Origin: an uncultured Candidatus Actinomarina sp.
GTDB lineage: Bacteria > Actinomycetota > Acidimicrobiia > Actinomarinales > Actinomarinaceae
Assembly: GCA_902582695.1 (NCBI GenBank)
Contig: CACHTH010000005.1
Coordinates: 4,955 to 68,954, forward strand
Length of the DNA: 64,000 nt
Reading direction: 5' to 3'
The notes under the pieces are model-generated. The model was not told the DNA's origin and ran no database searches. It worked only from the letters and a program-made list of their open reading frames with translations. Position 1 is the first letter of the stretch, and each line of letters starts with the position of its first letter. The position numbers and the translations under genes are program-made. This document shows positions 40,474 to 50,034 of the stretch, one piece after another.

Positions 40474-41957
40474 TTTCTATTATGTTCTCTTTGTTATTAG
40501 TTCCACTTTTTAGTGCATTACTTATCTTTTTGATTCCAAATTCAAGAAAAGAGACATTTAGACCAATTGGAATTGCCTTTTCTTTAATAACGTTAACTCA
40601 ATGTGTTTATTTGCTATTTGGGGAATATGCAAAAACAGAATTTACAATTTTATCATCTTTTCAATGGATACAGTCTTATGGAATTAATCTACATTTCGGT
40701 CTCTCTGGAATGTCGACACTTTTGTTATTGCTTAGCTCATTATTAGTATTTGTTTCATTACTTTCTATTGGCAAAGATCACTCTGAAAGCAAAGGATTTG
40801 TTGGATCATTGTTAATGTTACATTTTGCAATCAATGGTGTATTTATTAGTGGTGATTTAATTTCATTATTTATATTTTTTGAGGCTTTACTTATTCCTAT
40901 GTATTTCCTAATGGGAATATGGGGAGGTGAGAATAGAAGATACGCAACTATAAAGTTCATTCTGTACACTGTTTTTGGTTCGGTATTTATTTTTATTGGA
41001 ACAGTTTACACAGCAGTATTAAGCTTTGGAGTTAATGGTAGGCTTGCTGTAGATTTTGAAACATTGTCTTCATTAAGTTTGCTTGAATCACAGTCAAAAA
41101 CTTTATTTTTATTATTTACATTTGGGTTTTTAATTAAAGTGCCTATATTTCCACTGCATACTTGGTTGCCAGATGCACACGTAGAAGCTCCAACTGCTGG
41201 AAGTATAATGTTGGCAGGAGTGCTTCTAAAAGTTGGTGCTTACGGAATACTAAGAGTGTCCATACCATTTTTTACAGAAGGTTTTTTAGCTTACAAAAAT
41301 CTGATTGCAATACTGTCTGTAATTGGAATTATTTATGGTGCTATTGTTGCCATTGCTCAGATCGATATCAAAAAGCTGATTGCTTATTCTTCAGTTAGCC
41401 ATATGGGATTTGTTATGCTTGGAATTTCAGCTGGTGGATTTTTAAGTATTGAGGGAGCAATCATACAAATGATAAATCACGGTATTACTGCAGGTGCTTT
41501 GTTTATGCTGGTTGGATTTATATACGAAAGAAGACATACTCGAAAAATTAGTGACTTTGGCGGAGTCAAGATATCTATGCCAAGGTATGCAGCAATATTT
41601 CTATTTACATCATTCGCCTCTATAGGCCTTCCTGGTTTAAATGGTTTTGTTGGAGAGTTCATGATTCTTATGGGAAGCTTTAACAGCTACAAAATTCTGA
41701 CATCCTTTGCAGCATTTGGTGTAGTTTTAGCTGCAATATATATGTTATGGGCATATCAAAGAATGTTTACTGGACCTATTAAATATGAAGAAAATGAAAG
41801 CTTAACTGATCTCAATTCCCGTGAAACAGCGTCAATAGCTCCATTAGTTTTATTAATGTTATTTATTGGAATTTATCCAAACTATATTGAGAGTTTTGTA
41901 ATTCAAGAGGCAAGTTTTTTGAGTGATACTATAGCAATGTTTAAGGACCTAAAATGA
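40470..41957 (+). CDS. nuoM: NADH-quinone oxidoreductase subunit M
   Basis: PLHTWLPDAHVEAPTAGSIMLAGVLLK is present. Length is 495 aa. Confidence 0.92.
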   Translation: MISIMFSLLLVPLFSALLIFLIPNSRKETFRPIGIAFSLITLTQCVYLLFGEYAKTEFTILSSFQWIQSYGINLHFGLSGMSTLLLLLSSLLVFVSLLSIGKDHSESKGFVGSLLMLHFAINGVFISGDLISLFIFFEALLIPMYFLMGIWGGENRRYATIKFILYTVFGSVFIFIGTVYTAVLSFGVNGRLAVDFETLSSLSLLESQSKTLFLLFTFGFLIKVPIFPLHTWLPDAHVEAPTAGSIMLAGVLLKVGAYGILRVSIPFFTEGFLAYKNLIAILSVIGIIYGAIVAIAQIDIKKLIAYSSVSHMGFVMLGISAGGFLSIEGAIIQMINHGITAGALFMLVGFIYERRHTRKISDFGGVKISMPRYAAIFLFTSFASIGLPGLNGFVGEFMILMGSFNSYKILTSFAAFGVVLAAIYMLWAYQRMFTGPIKYEENESLTDLNSRETASIAPLVLLMLFIGIYPNYIESFVIQEASFLSDTIAMFKDLK

Positions 41958-43426
41958 GAACAGTTTCTGAGATATTAGGAATAAATTATGTAGTAATTGC
42001 ACCTACATTGGCACTATTGCTGACAGTTATTGTTTTATTATTTTGCACAATTACCATTTCAACTCCAATGTACGTAAAAAAATATGTATCGTTTGTTGGA
42101 ATCTTGCTAACTTTATTTACAATATTTTTAAAGTTCGGTTTATTTCTAACTGATGGTGTCTCTTCTTATTTCACAGAAAAAATTCTTCTTGATGAGTTTG
42201 CCCTTGTTGGAAACGTACTTGTTGGAATGGTTTTGCTTTTTACTTTTAATTCTTTCTGGAAAACTTCAGAATTAATAGAAGACAAAACTACTGAAGCTTT
42301 AATACTAATTTTAATGTCTGCATCTGGATTTTTATTAATGATTGATGCTGAGAACTTCATAATGTTATTCATAGGTTTAGAAATTGGTTCAATTAGTTTA
42401 TATGCTTTAGCAGGACTTAACAGAGGAGATCAATTAAGTAATGAAGCTGCTTTGAAATATTTCTTACTTGGTTCACTTGCTTCGTGTATATTTGTATACG
42501 GTATTGCGTTAATTTATGTCTCACTATCAATAATTGGTGTATATGAAACTAGTATTGCAATTAGTTTCATAGGACCAGATAATGTTCCACTAACAACATT
42601 TGTTGGATTGATATTGATAACTGTTGGATTATTATTTAAAGTTGCAGCTGCACCTTTTCAAGCATGGGCACCAGACGTATACCAGGGTTCTCCTACTGGA
42701 TATGTGGGATATATGGCAACTGTTGCAAAGGTTTCATCATTCATAGTCCTTGCAAGACTTGTTGCAGTCTCTTTAACATTCATTATTGATCAATTTGATT
42801 TATTTTTTGGTGCCGTTGTAATCTTGTCAGTACTCGCTGGGGCTTTATTTGCTGCAAACCAAACTGATTTGAAAAGACTAATTGCTTATAGTGGAGTTAT
42901 TCAATCAGGCTTTATACTTTCTGGTATATCTTCAGGAGTTTATGGAATAAGTGCATCAACGTTTTATTTAATAACTTACATTATCCAATTAATTGGAATC
43001 TTTACAGTTTTTTCAATAATAAGCGGTCAATTGAGTTCGGACTTTCAAATCTCAAATATCTCAGGGTTATTTAAGGAAAATAAATTTATAACAATTACAT
43101 TTTCAATATTCATGCTTGGCCTTGCAGGATTACCATTAACAAGTGGATTCGTCTCGAAATTTATCCTTATTACCAATCTTTGGTCATATGAGAGATATAT
43201 ATTGGTAACAGTCTTAATGCTGACTACAGTTGCGGGATTTTATTTTTACTTACGACCAATTTGGGTAGCAGCAGTTGAGAAAACAGAAAATGTAGTTGAA
43301 AAAATACAGGTTAAAAACTCAGACAAACTACTACTAGGTTTATTGGCTGCTTTAACAATATATTTTGGATTACTTCCAGATACCCTTGTTAATATAACTC
43401 GCTGGATGGTCGAAGGTTATCTCTAA
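41954..43426 (+). CDS. nuoN: NADH-quinone oxidoreductase subunit N
   Basis: AAAPFQAWAPDVYQGSPT is present. Length is 490 aa, and it is the last gene of the operon. Confidence 0.92.
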   Translation: MRTVSEILGINYVVIAPTLALLLTVIVLLFCTITISTPMYVKKYVSFVGILLTLFTIFLKFGLFLTDGVSSYFTEKILLDEFALVGNVLVGMVLLFTFNSFWKTSELIEDKTTEALILILMSASGFLLMIDAENFIMLFIGLEIGSISLYALAGLNRGDQLSNEAALKYFLLGSLASCIFVYGIALIYVSLSIIGVYETSIAISFIGPDNVPLTTFVGLILITVGLLFKVAAAPFQAWAPDVYQGSPTGYVGYMATVAKVSSFIVLARLVAVSLTFIIDQFDLFFGAVVILSVLAGALFAANQTDLKRLIAYSGVIQSGFILSGISSGVYGISASTFYLITYIIQLIGIFTVFSIISGQLSSDFQISNISGLFKENKFITITFSIFMLGLAGLPLTSGFVSKFILITNLWSYERYILVTVLMLTTVAGFYFYLRPIWVAAVEKTENVVEKIQVKNSDKLLLGLLAALTIYFGLLPDTLVNITRWMVEGYL

Positions 43427-43560
43427 TGTACACCAAAATAATTCCACCACCTGCACTTAATCATCAGGGTGGTTGGGATGAAATGTTGATGTTTCTAGTA
43501 CCTGCTTTACTATTAACTTGGTTAAGAAATAAGCAAAAAAATGAAAATTTAGATGAATAG
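43426..43560 (+). CDS. candidate 44-aa single-TM micro-protein translationally coupled to nuoN
   Basis: Not in the ORF track (under 60 aa). Its ATG overlaps the nuoN stop (TAATG). I translated it by hand as MYTPKIIPPPALNHQGGWDEMLMFLVPALLLTWLRNKQKNENLDE, which has one hydrophobic helix and a basic/acidic tail. Confidence 0.45.
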   Translation: MYTKIIPPPALNHQGGWDEMLMFLVPALLLTWLRNKQKNENLDE

Positions 43561-43568
43561 CTTAATAA

Positions 43569-44132
43569 TTAGTAATTATCCAGATATAAAATCAAGTCAT
43601 TAATTTTTGAATTTATATTGTTTTTATTTTCGTTTTCCAAATCTATTATCAGTTCGTCAATGCTGAAATAAAATTTTCCAATAAACTCTTCTCTTTCTTT
43701 ATTGCTAAATCCTAACTTTTCTAACTCCATATCTAAATCTTTATAAACACCACCCATCAGCTGAAAATTATATTTGCCAGCAAGAAGTATATAAGCTGCA
43801 TATATGTTTCTTCCAAGGGTAAAGTTTTCGTAAGTAAATTCAGTCCAAACTTTAAAAATAGTTTTTATATTTTCTTTTGGTTTATCTTGTAATTTTTCAA
43901 GATAGCTTTGTCTCCTTTTTTTATAAACATGCTTGATTACATCAGATAAAAATTCTTCAAACGAATGAAAATGTTCATAGATAGTTGTTTTAGAAATATC
44001 TGTGTATTCTTTTATAGAATTTAGGGATATTTGGGTAAGTCTTTTGGTGTTTAATAGCTTTTCACCAACTTCAAGGAGTTCATAATGAATTTCTTCATAT
44101 CGATTTTTAGCTACTACTTTTCTTTTATCCAT
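43569..44132 (-). CDS. TetR/AcrR-family transcriptional regulator
   Basis: It has an N-terminal HTH (ISLNSIKEYTDISKTTIYEHFHSFEEFL). Length is 187 aa. It is divergent from the ABC-2 exporter genes. Confidence 0.8.
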   Translation of the reverse strand: MDKRKVVAKNRYEEIHYELLEVGEKLLNTKRLTQISLNSIKEYTDISKTTIYEHFHSFEEFLSDVIKHVYKKRRQSYLEKLQDKPKENIKTIFKVWTEFTYENFTLGRNIYAAYILLAGKYNFQLMGGVYKDLDMELEKLGFSNKEREEFIGKFYFSIDELIIDLENENKNNINSKINDLILYLDNY

Positions 44133-44222
44133 GATTAAATATTTACTATAAGCATAAAATAAGTTTCTTATAATTTAAATTATCGAAATTAATCGGAAAA
44201 TAGTAAGTTCAATTTATAAGTT

Positions 44223-44238
44223 TTATTGTTTACAATAA
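44223..44238. promoter_or_regulatory. candidate TetR operator (inverted repeat)
   Basis: TTATTGT-TT-ACAATAA has perfect 7-bp arms. It lies just upstream of the ABC ATPase start, in the tetR/ABC divergent spacer. Confidence 0.4.
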
Positions 44239-44243
44239 GAATA

Positions 44244-44957
44244 ATGATAGAAATTAAAAATCTCACTATGAGATACAAAAATGGAAAAGGTGTTGGAGAT
44301 ATCAATATCTCTGTTGATAATGGTGAGGTTAAAGGGCTTCTTGGTCCTAATGGGGCTGGAAAATCTACAACAATGAGAAGTCTTATGGGATTTTTGATGC
44401 CGTCTGACGGTTCACTTTCAGTTGAGGGAATTGATACAATTGAAAACCCTGTTGAGGCAAAGAAAATAATAGGATATTTACCTGGAGATCCTCAACTTCC
44501 ACAAAATTTAAATTCTAAGTCACTATTTAAACTTGGTGCAGATATGAGAGGTCAATCAACCGATTATGCTATGGAGTTAGCAGAAAAGTTTGAATTGGAG
44601 GTTGATCAAACTCTCAAAGAATTATCTAAAGGTAACAGACAAAAAGTTGCCTTGATTCTAGCAGTACTGCATAAGCCAAAGGCATTAATTTTAGATGAAC
44701 CAACTTCAGGCCTAGACCCCTTTCATCAAAGAACTTTTTTTGAAATTGTAAAAGAATTTGCTAATAATGGTGCAGCAATACTTTTATCATCACATATTAT
44801 TTCTGAGGTTGAAAAAGTTGCCGACTCGATGGCTGTTTTAAGAGAAGGTGCAAAAGTATATGATGAAACATATGAGACATTTTTAAATAAAGCAAAAGAA
44901 GAAGGTCAAGATTTAGAAGATGCTTTCTTTACGTTTTATGATAGAAGAGAGGAATAA
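44244..44957 (+). CDS. ABC transporter ATP-binding protein (ABC-2/exporter type)
   Basis: GPNGAGKSTT, LSKGNRQKVAL and LILDEPTSGLDP are present. I preferred ATG 44244 (MIEIKNLTMRY) to TTG 44226. Confidence 0.85.
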   Translation: MIEIKNLTMRYKNGKGVGDINISVDNGEVKGLLGPNGAGKSTTMRSLMGFLMPSDGSLSVEGIDTIENPVEAKKIIGYLPGDPQLPQNLNSKSLFKLGADMRGQSTDYAMELAEKFELEVDQTLKELSKGNRQKVALILAVLHKPKALILDEPTSGLDPFHQRTFFEIVKEFANNGAAILLSSHIISEVEKVADSMAVLREGAKVYDETYETFLNKAKEEGQDLEDAFFTFYDRREE

Positions 44958-45781
44958 TGTTTAACTACTTTAAATACATGATTACAGTCCCAAGAAAATT
45001 TATTTTAAATTGGGCAATTTCCGGAGGAGTTTACTTATTAATACTTCCACTAGCTTTCGCAAATTCAAGTGTAGAAAGTTTGCTTATTGACACACAAAGA
45101 GAAGCTTTTAGAGGAATGTCAGAAAATGAAACAATGATGAATTTATTGGGAATTTCGGATTGGGATAATGTATTTACATTAGAAGGAATGGTAACAACTT
45201 ATTTCTTAGTACCATTTGTTCCACTTTTAATTGGCACTGCCACAATAATTCTTTTAAATAAATTAGGATCGAAAGCAGAAGAAGATGGAACTTTCGAATT
45301 TGTTGCTGCTCTACCGATGACCAGAACTTCTGTGTATTTAACACAATCAATTGTTGCTGTTCTATTTGGTTTATTTGTAACTTTTGCATGGACAAATATT
45401 ATGTTTATTCCAATTGCAACTATGGAACTTAGTCAAACACTTGATTATGTACCACTTATGAAAGCAACACTTCAAGCTGCTTTAGCTGGTGTTACTTTTG
45501 GTGCTCTAGGATTTGCTCTTGGAGCGTTTACTGGAAAATCTTCAATGGCTTGGGCTTTTGGTGGAGGTTTAATGGCATTTGAATATTTAACCAACTCTCT
45601 AGCTGGAACAAATGAATTCTTTGAATGGTTTGATGACAATCTCTCATCTTTTGGAGCATATGGAAACCCGTATCAAGATGGATTATTTGCTGAAGACTTA
45701 TTGCTCGTCATAGGAAAAATAGCATTATTTTTGGTAATAGGATTTATAGGTTTTAGAAATAGATCTTTAAATCTTAGATAA
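44957..45781 (+). CDS. ABC-2-type transporter permease
   Basis: A 274-aa protein with about 6 TM helices. Its start overlaps the ATPase stop (TAATG). I saw no distinctive motif beyond its topology and position. Confidence 0.6.
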   Translation: MFNYFKYMITVPRKFILNWAISGGVYLLILPLAFANSSVESLLIDTQREAFRGMSENETMMNLLGISDWDNVFTLEGMVTTYFLVPFVPLLIGTATIILLNKLGSKAEEDGTFEFVAALPMTRTSVYLTQSIVAVLFGLFVTFAWTNIMFIPIATMELSQTLDYVPLMKATLQAALAGVTFGALGFALGAFTGKSSMAWAFGGGLMAFEYLTNSLAGTNEFFEWFDDNLSSFGAYGNPYQDGLFAEDLLLVIGKIALFLVIGFIGFRNRSLNLR

Positions 45782-45821
45782 ACAATTCCCAACAAAAATT
45801 TAATTTATTTAATATAAACGT

Positions 45822-46259
45822 ATGCCAAATTTTTCAAGAACAGTAACAGTCAGCTCAGATATTGATTCAGCTTTTGGTTTTTTGTCAGATTTTAGAAATT
45901 TAGAAAAATGGGCTGAAGGTGATGAAGGCGAGCTTATTACAAAAGAACCTTTAAGACAAGGTTCAGTTTTCAAAGTAAAAACACATTTTAACAATAAGCC
46001 AAGAGAATATAACTATGAAATTATTGAATGGGGTCCACCGTTAAGAGTCTCATTACAAGCGAGTACTTCTATATTTACAATTGTTGACACTATTTTTTTA
46101 TCAGCAAACTCAAAAGGTACTGAAGTTACTTACTCTGTAGATATTAAATACAATTTTCCTTTTTTTGTATTGGGGATCTTTGTAGGACCTATTTTTAACA
46201 AATTAATGGATAAACAAATTAAAAATCTTGAGGCAGTCCTTGGTCCGGTTCAAGACTAG
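45822..46259 (+). CDS. SRPBCC (START/polyketide cyclase-like) domain protein
   Basis: FSRTVTVSSDIDSAFGFLSDFRNLEKW is a typical SRPBCC N-terminus. Length is 145 aa. Confidence 0.65.
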   Translation: MPNFSRTVTVSSDIDSAFGFLSDFRNLEKWAEGDEGELITKEPLRQGSVFKVKTHFNNKPREYNYEIIEWGPPLRVSLQASTSIFTIVDTIFLSANSKGTEVTYSVDIKYNFPFFVLGIFVGPIFNKLMDKQIKNLEAVLGPVQD

Positions 46260-46773
46260 CTTCCTTGTATTAATTTTATTTTTTTCTGTAAGTTGTCAAG
46301 CAGAACAGGAGAATGAAGTGACTGTTGAATATGGAGAGTTTCCAGAGATAAATGGAAGAGATTTAAATAAAAGAGACAAAGTTGTACCAGATGATTTTGT
46401 TGATAAAAATCTAATTATTATCGTAGCGTTTCAACAATGGCACCAACCTCTGGTAGATGAGTCAATATCTTTACTAGAAAGTAATGGATTTGGTGATTCA
46501 CATAACATTATTGAAGTACCAACTGTACAAAAAAGTTCTAAACTATTTGAAGTTTATTTAGATGGAATTATGCGAGCTGGAATAAGAGATGACAGAATCA
46601 GAGATAGAACAATTACTGCTTATGTCGACCTAGACCAGTTTTTAACAAATTTAGACATACCTTCTAATGAAACAATATATTGGTTTTTGATTGAAAAAGA
46701 TAGCAAAAATATTCTTACTCGAGGATACGGAATTATTGCTGAAGAAGACTTAGATTTAATTAATTCTTTTTAA
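46228..46773 (+). CDS. hypothetical secreted protein or lipoprotein
   Basis: It has a signal-like N-terminus, FLVLILFFSVSCQAE, with a possible lipobox Cys. The start is TTG 46228 or TTG 46240, and both overlap the preceding gene. I recognise no family. Confidence 0.45.
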   Translation: MRQSLVRFKTSFLVLILFFSVSCQAEQENEVTVEYGEFPEINGRDLNKRDKVVPDDFVDKNLIIIVAFQQWHQPLVDESISLLESNGFGDSHNIIEVPTVQKSSKLFEVYLDGIMRAGIRDDRIRDRTITAYVDLDQFLTNLDIPSNETIYWFLIEKDSKNILTRGYGIIAEEDLDLINSF

Positions 46774-47150
46774 ATATATATAGTTGCTAGGTACACAACT
46801 ACTAAAGCAAGAATTAACATTACCCCATTAAAAGCACCTCTTAATGCAGCACTAAGTTTTGTAGCATAGCTATGTAATGCAATCACAACACCAGCTAACC
46901 CAAGAAGTGATACTTCAAGTAGCCAATTTGAAGTTGTGCTTTGTTCTAAAAAGTAAAGAGTCAATCCGGACACTAATGCTAAAAAGTATGATGTCCAAGA
47001 GACTGAACTAAAATAGCCTCTTAAAGTATCTGTAGTTTTTTTTGAAGGATCGATTTTATAAAGCTGAGGTGCAAATACTGCCCAAAGAATCATTGATCCA
47101 AGCCAGACTGACAAACCAATCATGTGTATGTATTTAATAATTACTTCCAT
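46770..47150 (-). CDS. small integral membrane protein (CopD-like 4-TM fold, function unknown)
   Basis: A 126-aa protein with 4 TM helices. Its N-terminus YIHMIGLSVWLGSMILW resembles CopD/DUF2269-type helices. Confidence 0.45.
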   Translation of the reverse strand: MEVIIKYIHMIGLSVWLGSMILWAVFAPQLYKIDPSKKTTDTLRGYFSSVSWTSYFLALVSGLTLYFLEQSTTSNWLLEVSLLGLAGVVIALHSYATKLSAALRGAFNGVMLILALVVVYLATIYI

Positions 47151-47191
47151 AAAAAAAGACTACCATTAATAAATTCTTTTATGATATTGAT

Positions 47192-48187
47192 ATGAATGAA
47201 TACAAAGCATTAGTTCAAAAAGAAATGGGTTTATTCTCAGATCTTGAATTCACAACAATGGATTACCCAAAAATCAAAGATAAAGAGTTAATAATAGAAA
47301 CCAAAGCAGCAACTTTAAATTATGCTGATCTTTTATTATCAAGTGGGCTGTACCAATCGAACCCAAAACATCCATTTGTACCTGGTTTTGAGGTTGCGGG
47401 CTACATAAAGGAGTGTCATGAAGATAGTCAGTTTGAAGTAGGAGATAGGGTTGTAGCAGCGACCACTGTATTTAGATCTGGAAGACATGGAAGTTTTGGT
47501 GATGTTTGTGTGGTGTCTGAAAATCTAACATATAAACTTCCTGAAAATATTTCATTTGAAGTAGGTGCGGCAATTCTTATGTCATACCTTACTTCAGACT
47601 TTGCACTACACAGAAGAGCTCAAATAAAACCTAATGAATTGGTATTAGTTAATGCAGCAGCAGGTGGAGTGGGATTATCAGCTATTCAACTTGCAAAGAT
47701 ATCTGGTGCAAGAGTTATTGCCGCAGTAGGTTCTGAAAAAAAGAAAGAGTTGGTTAAACAATTTGGACCAGATTTAGTAATAAATTATCAAGAGGAAGAT
47801 TTAAAAGAAACTGTGGAAGCAAAATTTGGTAAAAGACCAGTGGATATTTTTTATGATCAAGTTGGAGGCGAACCATATGAACAAGGAATACGTCTGCTCA
47901 GTTCTGAAGGCCGAGCACTGATAGTAGGCTTTGCAAGTGGAAATATTCCCACCCAACCTCTTAGCTATTTACTTGTTAAGAATATTTCAATTATGGGAGT
48001 TTTCATGATCAGTTTCGAAAATGATGATAAAAAATATCTTCAATCAAGGATGGAGTTAATATTTGATTTATACACCAATCAACAAATTGAACCTGTCTTT
48101 AAAACTATTAAATTTGATGAAATTGTCGAGTATCTTGACATGATTGGAAGCAGAAAAACTGTTGGAAGAATAGTTGCTGTTCGATAG
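47192..48187 (+). CDS. NADPH:quinone oxidoreductase / zinc-type alcohol dehydrogenase superfamily (MDR)
   Basis: It has a GroES-like N-terminal domain and the Rossmann motif NAAAGGVGLSAIQLAK. Length is 331 aa. Confidence 0.8.
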   Translation: MNEYKALVQKEMGLFSDLEFTTMDYPKIKDKELIIETKAATLNYADLLLSSGLYQSNPKHPFVPGFEVAGYIKECHEDSQFEVGDRVVAATTVFRSGRHGSFGDVCVVSENLTYKLPENISFEVGAAILMSYLTSDFALHRRAQIKPNELVLVNAAAGGVGLSAIQLAKISGARVIAAVGSEKKKELVKQFGPDLVINYQEEDLKETVEAKFGKRPVDIFYDQVGGEPYEQGIRLLSSEGRALIVGFASGNIPTQPLSYLLVKNISIMGVFMISFENDDKKYLQSRMELIFDLYTNQQIEPVFKTIKFDEIVEYLDMIGSRKTVGRIVAVR

Positions 48188-48219
48188 CAACAATAAATTA
48201 AGTAACTAATATATAAGAA

Positions 48220-48822
48220 ATGGCAAAATTATATTTTTATTATGCAGCAATGAATGCTGGAAAAAGTACAACTCTCTTACAGTCTGCACATAATTATGAA
48301 GAGAGAAATATGAGAACTCTTTTATTCACACCAAAACTAGATGACAGATTTGGAGAGGGAAAAATTGCTTCAAGAATTGGTTTGGACAGGGAATGTGAAA
48401 TTTTTACTGCTGATGATGATCTATATGTTTGGACTGCACATGAACATCAAAGGGAAAAAGTGTCTTGCGTACTTGTTGATGAATCACAGTTCCTTAGCCC
48501 AAAACAAGTGCTTCAATTGTCTTTGGTTGTAGATAAGCTTAAAATTCCTGTTCTTTGCTATGGATTGAGAACAGATTTTCGTGGAGAACCTTTTCCAGGA
48601 AGTGTATATTTATTAGCCTGGGCTGATGAGATGACTGAAATAAAAACAATTTGTAAATCTGGCAAAAAAGCAACCATGAATGCAAGGCTAGATGAAAATG
48701 GGAATAGGGTTACTGAAGGAGATCAAATATCTATAGGATTGAATTACGAAGCTCAAGCAAGAGATGTATTTGAATTAGATAAAGTTTCACCAATAGGCTA
48801 TCAAATCCCCGAAGCTAACTAA
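48220..48822 (+). CDS. tdk: thymidine kinase
   Basis: [18 protein letters not shown] (P-loop), VDESQFL and [11 protein letters not shown] are present. Length is 200 aa. Confidence 0.92.
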   Translation: MAKLYFYYAAMNAGKSTTLLQSAHNYEERNMRTLLFTPKLDDRFGEGKIASRIGLDRECEIFTADDDLYVWTAHEHQREKVSCVLVDESQFLSPKQVLQLSLVVDKLKIPVLCYGLRTDFRGEPFPGSVYLLAWADEMTEIKTICKSGKKATMNARLDENGNRVTEGDQISIGLNYEAQARDVFELDKVSPIGYQIPEAN

Positions 48823-48824
48823 AT

Positions 48825-49307
48825 TTAAGCTTCGTTTTCAAGAGGTGGCTCTGGTCTAGTTGCTAACCATGTGCAAAGAGCGATTCCAAAAGCACCAAAA
48901 ATTAAGTCCCCAACAAGTGAAAAAACAAAGTAGATAGTAAATACAAAAGTTGGAATGATCATTGAAATGGCTAGCTTCTTAGCCCTTCTTGAAAGACCTC
49001 TATATGTTTTCCAATTTAAAATGATTGGACCAAAAATTCTGTGGTTTTCAATCCAAAATGTAAATTTTTCTGAACATTTTGAGAAAGCCCATGCTGCAAT
49101 CAGTATAAAAACAGTTGTGGGAAGACCAGGAATTACAATTCCAACGTATCCTAAAGATAATGACAATATACCTATCGTGAAAAAGACTGGTTTATGAATC
49201 TTAATAAATAAATTTGGGAAAAATTTATATAAGATGATAAACAAAAATATTCCACCACCAATATAACTAAATAGTTCATAAGGTATATTTGACAATAAAT
49301 CACTCAT
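48825..49307 (-). CDS. DUF454/YbaN-family inner membrane protein
   Basis: GIVIPGLPTTVFILIAAWAFSKCSEKF...WIENHRIFGP matches the YbaN pattern (PG.PTT.F.L.AA..F.r.S.r...WL). Confidence 0.75.
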   Translation of the reverse strand: MSDLLSNIPYELFSYIGGGIFLFIILYKFFPNLFIKIHKPVFFTIGILSLSLGYVGIVIPGLPTTVFILIAAWAFSKCSEKFTFWIENHRIFGPIILNWKTYRGLSRRAKKLAISMIIPTFVFTIYFVFSLVGDLIFGAFGIALCTWLATRPEPPLENEA

Positions 49308-49347
49308 AAGTCAATTATAAAAAATCTCTGTATAATCATAAATTGAA

Positions 49348-50034
49348 TCAACCGACAAATACTCTCTCAGCAATGTACTGATCGAGACCAAAATATTGAT
49401 TTTTTGTAATACTGACAGTAATTGAATACTTGTTTGTATCAGAAATAAAAATATTGTTTCCAGGCAACATCTGATTTTTCTGTAGAAAATCAATTACATT
49501 GTTGTCTTTTTTAAGCTCTTCTGAAATTTTTAAAATTTCATAATCTTCATTTGGATCAACATCCAATAAATTTTTCATGGGAACTTCTTTATAGTTTGAA
49601 TAAGGAATTGGGTTACCAAAAGGACCAGTAGTTGGATTACCCAAAATTTTTAACATTGCCTCTTCAGTAGTAGGACTTAGAATGTTTTCCCATTTTTTTG
49701 TTTCTTTGTAAACTTTGTCCCAAGGCAAGTCAAGGACTTCTGAAAGAAATCTCTCAATTATTCGATGTCTGCGTGAAATTATTTTTGCTAGATAAGCACC
49801 TTTTTTAGAGAGCTTTAATTCATCTGTTAATTCAATAAGACCATTATTTTGCATTCTTCCTATAACTTGAGAAACGTTTGCTCTACTAACACCTAGCCAC
49901 TCTGCTACTCGGGTTTGCTTTACTTCAATACCAACTTCATTAAGATGATATATTGCTTCAGCATGAGAATAAAAAGAATTTGGTAAACTTTCTATTTCAT
50001 CTTGAGAGAGAATATTTGGGTTTTTAGTATTCAT
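49348..50034 (-). CDS. DtxR/IdeR/MntR-family transcriptional regulator with C-terminal SH3-like (FeoA) domain
   Basis: It has an HTH (QTRVAEWLGVSRANVSQVIGRMQNNGLI), the dimerisation helix RRHRIIERFL, and GPFGNPIP. Canonical metal ligands are partly replaced (see findings). Length is 228 aa. Confidence 0.82.
   Translation of the reverse strand: MNTKNPNILSQDEIESLPNSFYSHAEAIYHLNEVGIEVKQTRVAEWLGVSRANVSQVIGRMQNNGLIELTDELKLSKKGAYLAKIISRRHRIIERFLSEVLDLPWDKVYKETKKWENILSPTTEEAMLKILGNPTTGPFGNPIPYSNYKEVPMKNLLDVDPNEDYEILKISEELKKDNNVIDFLQKNQMLPGNNIFISDTNKYSITVSITKNQYFGLDQYIAERVFVG

Noticed and set aside
41162-41398. A Cys/Arg-rich 78-aa plus-strand ORF, with similar out-of-frame ORFs at 29214-29399, 48341-48532 and 60144-60362.
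   Set aside because: These are out-of-frame overlaps within nuoM, nuoA, tdk and nuoH, all of which carry strong family motifs. The alternative frames have implausible composition.
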